A DNA stretch of 64,000 nt, from NCBI GenBank assembly GCA_965637545.1, contig OZ281497.1, forward strand, positions 19,964,001 to 20,028,000, given 5' to 3'. Source of the stretch: Phallusia mammillata. Taxonomy: Eukaryota. Shown here one piece after another: positions 27,401-39,400 of this stretch (its first letter is position 1; each line of letters opens with the position of its first letter). The notes under the pieces are model-generated. The model had not been told where the DNA came from, did not search any database, and was given only the letters and a program-made list of their open reading frames with translations. The position numbers and the translations under genes are program-made.

Positions 27401-30400
27401 TGCCAAACACGTGACCAGAAAAATATCTGCACATAAAAACCGATGTAAGGTGTCCAAAAGAGTGAAATACATACATTAGTTTGTAAAATTTTTATTCAAT
27501 GATTTTCATACACTGGCATTTTTTGCTTTATGATTTATGGCATGGAAACCCAGGCTTGAAAAAAGCTCAAACCTTTGCACGCAATTTTATGGACAATTAC
27601 ACAATGCTTAGCCTACAGACAAATACAAACCTTAAAATGCCAAAGTGCAGTAGACGCATCAGGTCCAGTAGAAAGATACAAAAGTCCCAGCAGAACGAAG
27701 GGAACAACATTTTCCAGATCGTTTAAATGCGCGCGCCTTGCTCGCTCAACATCATCGTTTGGCCGAAGCAATTCCTTTTGTTTTTCCTTGTCGTTTGGCG
27801 CCACCACGCGGGCATCCTCGGGTGAGGATAAGGACGAAGTTTTGACGCGAAAATAGCTGGTGACCAGAGACATTGCCATTGTTTTGCATACAACGAGCGT
27901 GGCGTATCGCACAAAGCCCGCAAAAGCTTCGTTGTCAAGTGTAAAGAAAGACATACTACTGACTTAAGTGATGCTATGCAATGCTAACTCTGCAATATTA
28001 AAGCACAAAATATTGAAAAAGTAGATCTCCTTGAAAGCAGAAAATTAGAACTCGGATTCTGTCGCCTCAAAAGTGCCTTCGGCGGACAAGAGTCCAGTAT
28101 TTATAGCCTAAACCTAAGACAAGTCCACGTTAGCATGACAACGCAAAAAAATGCGTGTCAATAATTGCGCCATTCGTTGAAATTTTTGCTTCAGCCCAAT
28201 AACCTCAACAGGTTTCATCATGCACAAACTTCAAACAATTGCAAGAGTTTCACATCACGTTAAAGATAGCAGAAAATACAAGACAAACAGAACAGCTTAC
28301 CACGTCGCTTACTACACGGTTCGGCAAACAACCAATCCGCAAGGTTTTCTCGTGAAGAGAGCTTACCTATATTGACACAAATGAATCTACCGGCGCAAAA
28401 GCCGACACGGTGAATGATCTACAACGGGAGCTGTTTGGTCACGTGAAACACGCACCCACCGTGACTATGCATATTTGTGAGCTGATGCCCTCCACGCGTC
28501 AGTGATGACGAAACGAGAGCTCTTGTCATTTTGGATGACGCAACCCGATACAATTTTCGTAAAGTTGGTTGAAATGTTCGGTAATTACGCAATGTATGGA
28601 AATTCTCAAATCAAATTCACCTTTTTATTTTTAAGTGTAATCTTCTTGCAGACAATTTTGACAAGAATTAACTCCCCCACAAAAACAAGCACTTTTAAAA
28701 GACGCGCCAATTTTATTTGTCAACCAAGCATCGGCAACGAAAAGCCAGAAATGTTTACAGTAACAACAGAAGGAAGCGTAGCATCACGGTCGGCGGCGTT
28801 TGTTAAGAATTCATGTCGCTTTGACCAGATTAATACAACGCCATAAGAATGTGAAGCAGCATGGACACGTTGATACCAAAGCCGGAAGCAAAGCCGAGCA
28901 ATCGAATGGGTTGCGGCAAAGCATAGATGTACGCAATTGTGTGAATGACTCGAGCGCCAAGGAAGATCTGCAAACAACAGACAATATATTACCCAACACA
29001 AAATAACTATGAATAACTTACAAAAAACACCTTCCTACTGGATGTACATAAGTACGATTTTTAACCTTTAGTGAACTTACGACTTATATGCTTTGTGTTG
29101 CATCAAATATTTAACAGTTTAAACCAATTTCAACGAGCATTTATTAGTTTGAATGTTACGAAGTACTGACAGTGCCTTAGGTTTCGTAGTTGGCAGTCAT
29201 GTGAAAGAATATGATGCCTTTGCCTACCTGGAAATGGAAGACAGCGCCTGAAAACTCCGGACCGGTTGCAACATACAACAATGCAATCAGAACAAAAGGT
29301 AAAACGTTCTCCAAGTCGTTAAGATGGCTTCTTCGTATCTACACAAAGCAAAGTGCATTAGAGTTTGGGGTACTAAAAATTCAAACAGAATGGACAAGGA
29401 CCTGACCCACTTACTCTTTCAATGACTGCATTGGATTGAAGCATCACTTTGTGTTTTTCCTTGCTTTTCTCCATAAATACTGCATCTTCAGGAGTTGGAA
29501 TTGACTTGAGTGTAACACGATAGTACACAGTGATGATAGACATCAATACGGTTTTGGCAAGCGCCAAGGCACTATACCACACATACTCCTTAAACAACTT
29601 GTTTTCCATCGAAAGTGTCGACATCTTGGTTTTGACAGTCAAGAAGGTTGCCTATACCCACTGCAGAGATAATGCTTTTAATAGCTTGCGACAATTGACT
29701 GATTTAATTACCCGTCTGGCCCTTAGCTACGTAGTTAAACTACAATCAATTTGGTGTCAGCGTTCTCTTAACTTTTGAATGAGGGAAGACTATTGGCAAC
29801 CCGAATATATTACACTTACGTCTGTTCTGACGTTTATAACATGACACGCTTTTACTTTTTGCAAAATAATTCTGATTGCAGTTTTTTTCTACTTTTTAAA
29901 AACCACGCCAAATTCAGTACTTGAATTTCGACATTACGCACAATCTATGGCCTACTTTCATAAATTCACATCACAAATCATGGAGTCATGATTTCCATCA
30001 ACTCAATAACGCCAAAATCCTAGTCACGAATATCTAATTTCAACGCAGTTTGGACTTTGCTATGTGCAAGGCTGTTTCTGTACAAGCGTCTCACAGCACA
30101 AAGCCTCGATACCCGATACGGTCTGTCAATCTCGAGTCATTTCCCGTAGAAATCGCTGAATGTAGGCTGGAGAGGCCTTAAGCTGCGTTGTAGTGTTTAA
30201 GGCATAATGACCAAGCAGTTTTCTGATTGGTTGTAGGAAAAAAAGCTGTATTAAGTGGCTACTGCCAACTGAAGTCGGACAAGAGTTTTTATGCCGACGC
30301 ATTGAAAGTTTCATACCAAGACTAAAATGCAACAAACTGAACAATATCAGACCCTCCAACAGACAGCATGGTCATTGACCCTCACTGTTACTGTAACAGA

Positions 30401-33400
30401 ATCAGTCAATGCATTTACATGGAATAAACATATATTTCGCCTAATTGACATCTTTAATTCCTTATTCAAATAGAACAAAACTTTAGAAAAAGTATTACAC
30501 ATGCATATGTAGGAGAGTTATACTTGTATTTACACCATATACAGCATCAATTAAAACCAACAAAGTACTTGCACATTGGTCTATTTAGAGAACAGAAGTC
30601 ATAATACAAAATGCCATGTAGCAGCATACACCATAGCCAGCCATAAAAGTAATTGACCTTGCCGGTTGTGGAACAGCATTCAGATACACAATGGTGTGCA
30701 AGATACGACTCACTGAAAAGACCTGAAACAAATTTTACATTAATTCACTACTGAAAGCACAACTTGTACACATACAACACACCCGAAAAAGCAGCAATGC
30801 AGTTCCATAACTAGGGTTGGTTCCAATGTACAGAAGTGCCATTAATAGAAAAACATATATGTTTTCCATATCGTTCAGATGACATCGACGAACCTAAAGC
30901 ATATTAGGTTAATTAAATCGAGATAATTTATGAATCAATTATATGTTTGTAGGTACTAACGCAAGTTGCAGCAAATACTTCAAATAAATTGAAGTTAAGT
31001 TATAAACATGTCTTTTCGGTGAAGAGGTCAAATAAGACATAAGTTTTAGTAAGTAGTTTAACTTATCGGTGTGTGCGTAACCTAATTGTTTCAAGTCAAC
31101 TTAACATCTCAGCACAATTATGTTGCATGTAATGCTTTGGTGCAATTTCTAATGCATTTACAACAAAGTTCTCACCCTCTCCACGTTTTCATTTGCCACC
31201 AGCGCTTCTTTCCTTGATTCACGGTCCTTATTCAAAACGTCCTCCGACGACACAAACGAATTGTTGGCAAATCTTTTTGTCGTCGTATACAGTGCTAATG
31301 CCATCATCTTGACCAACACAATACACCCATGCAACATTAACGCTGCAAAAGTGTCATTTTCCAACGAGTACGGACTGCCAGCCATTCTGTATGATTATAC
31401 TCCACTTTCTGATCGACCACAATACAAAACCGCGAGGTCAAACCAAACGTACAGCGCTGGTAGGTATATCTCAGCTGAAAAAAATGCCCCAGGCTTATAA
31501 GTTACGTCACTCCGGCATGTTCCGGTAAAAAACGAGATTTGAAGCATAACGTTTTATGTCTCACGAACTAAGTCACCGACATAAGACTCGCCCCAACATT
31601 CCATTCAAACACGGGAAATTTGCCAAAAAAGAGTGTTGGCAAACAAACGAAAAGTTTTGTTTCAAAATTGTTTGTCAATAATATTTTTCTATGAAAAAGA
31701 GCATCAAAAGCCTACGACACCCGGTATTCCCAGGCGGTCACCCATCCAAGTACTGACCGGGCCCGACGTTGCTTAACTTCCCAGATCGGACGAGATGGGG
31801 TGTTCTCAACGTGGTATGGTCGTAGGCGATTGCTCGCGCGCAATGATGCTTTTTGTAGGGCAAACAATCTTATCTAGTCTCACACAATTTGATCACCGAA
31901 AATTCGTTTATTTGCGGAAAAACAAACGTCGATGCATGACCATTTTAGAACTGAAATTATATACATTTTTGAATATAATCCTAACTTCTACGTTGCAATT
32001 AAGCATAGACTGGTCCCGAAATGTTTTATTGTAAAAGGGATCTCAGAATCGAAAATGCCATGTAACCACACACTCCAAATCCGGCCATGAAACACAGACC
32101 TCTTGCCGGTTGTGGAACTGCATTAACGTACACTATGGTGTGCAAGATACGACTCACAGTGAAGATCTGAAACATAATTGTTGTTAAACAGTAACGATAG
32201 TTTATTGTTTATTTCAAATAGCAACACAAGTTCAATGCGAAATAGTCCATTATAGTCAAACAGCTACTGTATAATGTCTTGAAGAACATGTTGCAAGTAG
32301 AAATCTTACTGAGTTTGAGTTAAACATTCACTTAAACCACACGGTAAACTCTTATCTGTGGTTAAGTTTACCAGCAGCCAAGCAACGCACCCGGAAAAGA
32401 AGCAATGCAGTTTCATAGGCAGGGTTGGTTCCAATGTACAGAAGTGACATTAACACAAAAAGATAAACGTTTTCCATATCATTCAGGTGACATCGCCGTA
32501 CCTAAAACAAATAAGACTTATCGAATCGAGATCATAACTGTTAAGTCACTGCAAACCACACCATTTTAAACCAAAAAGTAACCCTTGGGAGAGTGTTTTT
32601 GTAGAATAAGGTAGAATATTATCTTTAGTGTGATCTAGCAACTAACTAAGCAAATCGGTGAAATGCTAATCAGACATTATAATTTAGAAGTTTTTGTCAA
32701 ATTACCTTTAACCCAAACAAACCGTTCATGCTACGTTTTTGCTGTAACTTATACTTTACATTAACATCTTACCCTTTCCACATTCTCATTTGGCACGAGT
32801 GCTCGTTTTCGTACTTCAGGATCGGAAGAAATGCCTGCAACATCCTCTGACGACAAAAACGTTTTGCTCCCTATTCTTTTTACAGTCGTTAATAAGACCA
32901 CTGCCATCATCTTGACCAATACAATGCACCCGTACAGCAAAAATGCCGAGAAAGTGTCATTTTCTAACGAGTAAGGACTACCTGCCATCTTGTACGCTTG
33001 CTTTCACGTTCTGAATGAGTATTCGACGAAACCGCTTAGTTAAACCGAACGTTTGCTACTTGGTTACTTATTAACACCAGCTGAAAGCTCGGCTTGAGTA
33101 TGACTAGGTGTTTTGCCGGCGTGTTCCGGTTCAAATAGTGTAGCCTACAGCGGGCGAAACCTCACAAAGGAACCGTGAAGCACAACATAGGCTACACCTG
33201 ACTCATCCACGCGAGACGCCATTCCATGTGAGGAAAATTCACGGAAAAAAGAAGCGGCAGAACAGAACAGGTCGTACCTTTCACGCTACCTGTTTAGACA
33301 ACTTCCCATTATCCATGTACCTTTGTTTAGAATTCCACCAATTGTGTTGTAAAGACGATGGGCATGGATTGGGCCACTGGAGCAAAATGTCCAGCTCGCC

Positions 33401-36400
33401 CTCGATTTGAACGCGAAATGTACAGTTTGTTTAAATGTGCGCATTACCACGTCAGAATTCGGTTGCAGGTAGAGTTATTCAAATGCCAATTGACTGAAAC
33501 CGATTCACTGGTTCAAAAGGTCAAACAGTGGTGTTTAATAATGCAAATACCACTTTCAAAACTTTTGTGGAAATGCTTTGCTGGGTCTGAGCTTGTAAAT
33601 CAGTCAAGGTAAACAAAAAACAACGGTTCTGTTTCCAAAAGTAAAAGCCTACGACACCCGGTATTCCCAGGCGGTCACCCATCCAAGTACTGACCGGGCC
33701 CGACGTTGCTTAACTTCCCAGATCGGACGAGATGGGGTGTTCTCAACGTGGTATGGTCGTAGGCAACTGCTCGCGCGCAATTACGCTTTATATGGGGCGA
33801 GATTTACCAACGGCACTACTAATATAATGAAAAAACAGAAACAGTGCTTTCACAAACGAATTTAGACTGGAGTAGTTTTATTTGTTGAACGAATAAACAA
33901 TTATGTGTTCCCATTGATTGAATTGTAATCTTGTGCAACTTTAATGAAGACAAGTAATGTTCTAATGTTGCAATTGGACGCAATTTCACGACATTTTCGT
34001 TCAAAGTAGAGTTTTGAAAATTGAAAATGCCATGTAGCCGCACACCCCGAAACCGGCAATAAAGCACAGACCCCTTGCTGGTTGTGGAACTGCATTAACA
34101 TAGACTACGGTGTGCAAAATACGGCTCACAGTGAAGATCTGAAAAAAACACATATATTTATTGCACTTTTTCACCGCACAAAAGACAAGTGCATTTTATA
34201 CCACATTACATACCCTGAAAAGCAGCAATGCAGTCGCATAGGTAGGGTTTGTACCGATGTACAGGATTGACATAAGCACGAAAAGGTAAACGTTCTCCAT
34301 ATCGTTACGGTGACATCGGCGCACCTAAGAAGCGTTGAAAACATAGAGTTAGAAATAAAAACCAATAAATACCTCTCAGAGCCTTAACCTACCCTCTCAA
34401 CATTCTCATTAGGCACCAAAGCGCGTTTCCGTTTCTCAGGGTCTTTTACATCTTCTGATGAGATAACTGCCTTGTTCTCTTTTAATTGTTGTTAAAGGAA
34501 CGACTACCATCATCTTGACCAACACAATGCAACAATACAGCAGGAACGCTTTGAAGGTGTCATTTTCTAGCGAGTACGGACTGCCTTCCATCTTGCCTGC
34601 TGAGTTTGCTTTGCCTAAACTTAATGTAAATGTGCAGAAACTACCCAACGCTACGCTTAGTACACTAGCTCGACATTTAGTCACTGATTAATATCCATCG
34701 CAACTAGTAGGTGGAAGGTTGTTTCTCACAGACAGTTTTCACTGATCTAGCTTTTTCTGCGCTCGAGGTTACCAAATCAGAACACAGTACAATGGCACAG
34801 TAAACTGAAATCAGCCCATACATAAACAGATCTGTGCAAAAAATAATGCACGCTATTTTATCTACGACTGTTTTAAATCCATGGACAACCTAGTCTCTAT
34901 TAGATATCTGTTATAAGTTGTTAGGTAGCCTACAAACTTAGATACATACATACCAACTACAGGTAAAGCAGGACTTACCCGTTCGACGTTCTCGTTGGGC
35001 AAAAATGCCTTTCTGCGTTCCTCAGGGTCTGGGCCAATACGATACAAATCCTCTTTGGAACTGACCGACTTGTTTTTAAAACGCTTTATAGTAGTGAGTG
35101 TTGTCATCAACATGGTCTTGACCAGTAATATGGCACCGTAGAGCAGAAAGGCGGCAAAAGTTTCGTTTTCTAAACTATAAGGTTTCATGGCGCTTGTCCT
35201 ACTTGCAACTAACTGAACACGCTATTAATGTGAGAATGTTTTGGGTTCCTCACTTACACATGTTCAATCGTCCAAAGGGCATTTTTTTCGTGTGCAAATA
35301 TTGACATTTACGCTGCCTTGCTGGGTGAAAACGCCATTCTTACATCATTTTTAAGCAGCTCCAAGCACGTGACAGGAACATAAAATACGTTCACAAGATC
35401 CAAAAACTTGTCCAACAAAATAGACCGTGAGGCAGTTTGAAAAAAAGCAAAAGCCTACGACACCCGGTATTCCCAGGCGGTCACCCATCCAAGTACTGAC
35501 CGGGCCCGACGTTGCTTAACTTCCCAGATCGGACGAGATGGGGTGTTCTCAACGTGGTATGGTCGTAGGCGATTGCTCGCGCGTAATGACGCTTCTTATA
35601 GGGACGTAACAACGAGATATTGCATTTTAGGTTTCATACCCCTTTTGAATACTCTGTAGTCTGTACAAGTGCTACTGCCCACAATTAAAAAGGACAACAG
35701 AATGCGAAAGCAGGCCTAAAACATCTGCTTGAAACACCAAGCAGTCTTTTTAGTCAATATGTAAATGTAGACATAAAAGTGATCAATATTCTTTTGTTTC
35801 AATGCCTTTTGACAAAAGGTCAATGAGCCAATTTCACAAACGAACCAAACTCAGGACAAACAATTCAGACTAGGTTCTTTTGGTCACGACAACACAAAGT
35901 ATGGGTATCAAAGTAAAAATATTGGACCTGATCATAAAGACACTCACCACACTTTGTTTTCTTGCTTCACAAGCTTCAGAATAATCCCAGCTATGGACGT
36001 CATCAGTGGGTAATGCTGAACGCTGCTTAGTCCTGCAAGACATTAACCTCAGATAGTAAAATAGTTCAGTAACCTCCCACTGTTATTAATGTGGCAATGG
36101 CGTTCAATTTCTCATCAAATCTTAGCCTTGGTTACATTCACTTGATCCAGAGGTTTAAAATCAGGGAAAAGTATCTCAAAAACAGTAACTTTGACCCACC
36201 TTAAGTCCAAAATAGTTATACAGTTATACATTGTGACACTGAAAACAAGGCCTACAACATAGAACGTATATCTGTAGACTTTGTTTTTCAATAGTTTTTT
36301 TATGTTTTTTTATGAAAAGAAATGCATAGCGATGAATTTTATCGTCGAGGAGGGGTAAACCGAAACTAAAAAAGGTTAAAAGTTTTTATTACTGGTCAAC

Positions 36401-39400
36401 ATTACCTGGTTGCTTTCCAGAAACCACTTTGTCAAATAAGCTTCCTTTGTTTGTGACTCGGCTCAAAATTTGGTTCACGCACTGCGAAAGGAAAAATCAA
36501 GATATGATTACTTTATTTCCACTAGAATGTGTCCGAGTCGTCAGGTGCATTTTACGTGCATTACTGACATCTTTTAAACACTAAAAAAATCAGTGACATA
36601 AATCGCAGTTCAGTTTATAAGGTACACGTGTGATTTTCCTTTTGTCAAACGCATTTAGTTTTTTTCAGGATGGTGCTTTTCATCAGGCCTCTCTTATATC
36701 TGTCCTACATTATAACCCAATAGTAAAACAAGAATCTCTGGTGTTACGTATATGCAGTGCAGTTCTACAAAACTCATAACTGATGAAATATGGCAGGTGG
36801 AAGTATCCTGTTTAAGTTCAAGCCCCAACACACCCATTAACGATTATAGCAGCGGTTCTCAAACTGGGGTTCGCGGTCCTTTATGCCGTCGAGGGGTCCG
36901 TGAGGCAATTTTGGGGGGACTTCGAAAAGGCTGAAGTACTTATATAATCTTATTTGGCGTCAGTTTATGCCACTTGATCGGTTCAAATCAAAGTAAAATT
37001 GACAATAGACTGTCTCCATTGCCAAACAAAAGCATTTATTGCGTGACAATGACAATTCACAAAAAGGCAGTTGTTCTCGCACAATCGTAATGTGTTCGTC
37101 TTGTCTGTGATGTCACAGCCAGTCTATGGAGCATTGTTATGCGATTTTTTGCATAACTAGCTAAAATCCTGCAATTAACTTCCGTTTTTTTCTGAAATAC
37201 ACATTTAGGCGTAAGGACCGCGAGCCGTCGAAATAATGACAAAGGGACCGTTTTGAAAAAGATCTGAAAAAGTTGAGAACCACTGGATTATAGCAACGCC
37301 ATATTGAACAATTAAATCACCTGAATTAGACTTGTTGAAAGAATCTCTGAGTCGCCGTTGTTGGTCCAGTCCATGAAGACGTCAGGAGCAACAGCTAGAG
37401 TTAGTTCGAGTACTCGCAAGAGGGAAACAGAGAGCTCGAACAACATGTCAACAATGCGGAGTTGACGTAAGGCCTGTGCATCGAGTGAGGCCAACAATCC
37501 AGTCGCCCCTTTCCATCCACGCAAGTTTTGCTGGTGGACCTAATGCAAACAAAGTGGAAACTTAGAGTAGGTCATACGTTCTCAACCAGGGTATTTTTAA
37601 CACGCCTTGTTGACTATAACACCTTGGCAATTAGCACCTCCAACTTTGACAGGTTCTACAAAAAAGCATCTTTGTACATAAATCCGTAGGTTAAAAGTCA
37701 GTTAAAGTCGTTGATTGCGTTTGCTTGCGCCTCATACACCCATATAGCGCAAATGAACTTTTTTAGTCGGGTTCGGGCTTAACTTTGAATAAAATTGACT
37801 TGATTCCATCCGGACTTTACACTGGGCCAAATTTGCGTCGTGTTTTTGCATAGTAAATCTTAATCGCCGAATATTTTATGTAAAACTCCTGGTTTTGCTG
37901 TTTTCTGGTTAGTACTTTCAGGTCCCAACTTCAAACCCGCTTACAACTCTGTGAAATGTTATAACACCTGACAGTCAACGCAACAAAGCAATAAAGTAGA
38001 GGGTTTATCCGCATAGAGTTTGCACATATATTTTTCGAATAGAAGCAATAACAAAATATTTAGCAAAACATGTAATAAATGTCCTGATTGTAATGGAATA
38101 AAGGATTAGACTAAACAAGTGAAAAGCAAAAGCCTACGACACCCGGTATTCCCAGGCGGTCACCCATCCAAGTACTGACCGGGCCCGACGTTGCTTAACT
38201 TCCCAGATCGGACGAGATGGGGTGTTCTCAACGTGGTATGGTCGTAGGCAATTGCTCGCGTGCAATAACCTGTCTTATAGTGACGTTACAAACGCCTAGC
38301 AGCCCATAATAAAACTACATTCGTTTCGGTGGAATATTTTTGTCCATTTTTAACCCTTATGAGGTCAAATTAAGCTCTGTACAGTTACTACACACATTAA
38401 AACCTTTTTAGCCATACTTAGTGTGGTTTTAGCCATACGAAGCAAAATTTTAAAACGGAATATCTATTCTTTACATGCCACGTAGAAGAGGGCCGTATAG
38501 TTGTGTATGTAGTTTACAAAGTTGTTGTACCTCTTGTAATTGACCGATGAACTCGGAGAAACTCCAATGTAAATGTTCCAGTATACTGTGCACGAATTTC
38601 CCAGCTAAAGTTGGTTCAGTCATGAGAAGTTCACGAACACAGTCGAGCAGTTTGCGTGGCACGTATGGGTCTGTACAATGCAAAAGTATGTTTTAAGGCA
38701 ATGTTCCCTTACAAAATCCGTTTAATTGATTTGTGTATGTCAGGGGTGGCCAACCGGTCAAAGCCTAAGAGCCATATTTTTTATTGTGTTACCACAAAGA
38801 GCCACATTATACGCATAAGCAGATATGTTCAATGCCTTGTCCCTTCCTCACACACAGAGACATGTGCTTAGCCAGATCTATTCTAAATGTCGCCAACATA
38901 ATAACATAATAACGACACAATTTGACTTGTACAGACCACGGGCCAGTCATTTTCAACTATAAATGGTCAGTGCAAACACCGTCTCTCACACAAAACCCTC
39001 ATTTCAACGAATCCATCAAACAAAAACATATAAATTTAAATCCCCCTTTTTTTCTCATTCTATAAATAACGTGCGGTGAGATTCATTTCTGGTGAATTGC
39101 TAAAATCTTTTTTCACTGCCAATTTGAAGGCTAACTTGACAAAAATTGTTTATTTAAAAGATTTTCCCTGCTGAAAAAACTCTTGGTATTTTCATCTAAC
39201 GCGCATTGTGCGCCAAGTGCAAAGTGGCGAAACTAATTCATTGCGACGTCATTAATGCATTCACCACCAACAATCGTTCAATTCAAACCCAAGACAAACT
39301 GCCGATAAAATATAACGTTCGTCATAACCCGAAAAACAACGGATTGAAGCATTATTTACTTTGGAACACATTTGTTGCAAATATTGCTGTTGCTTTGTGT

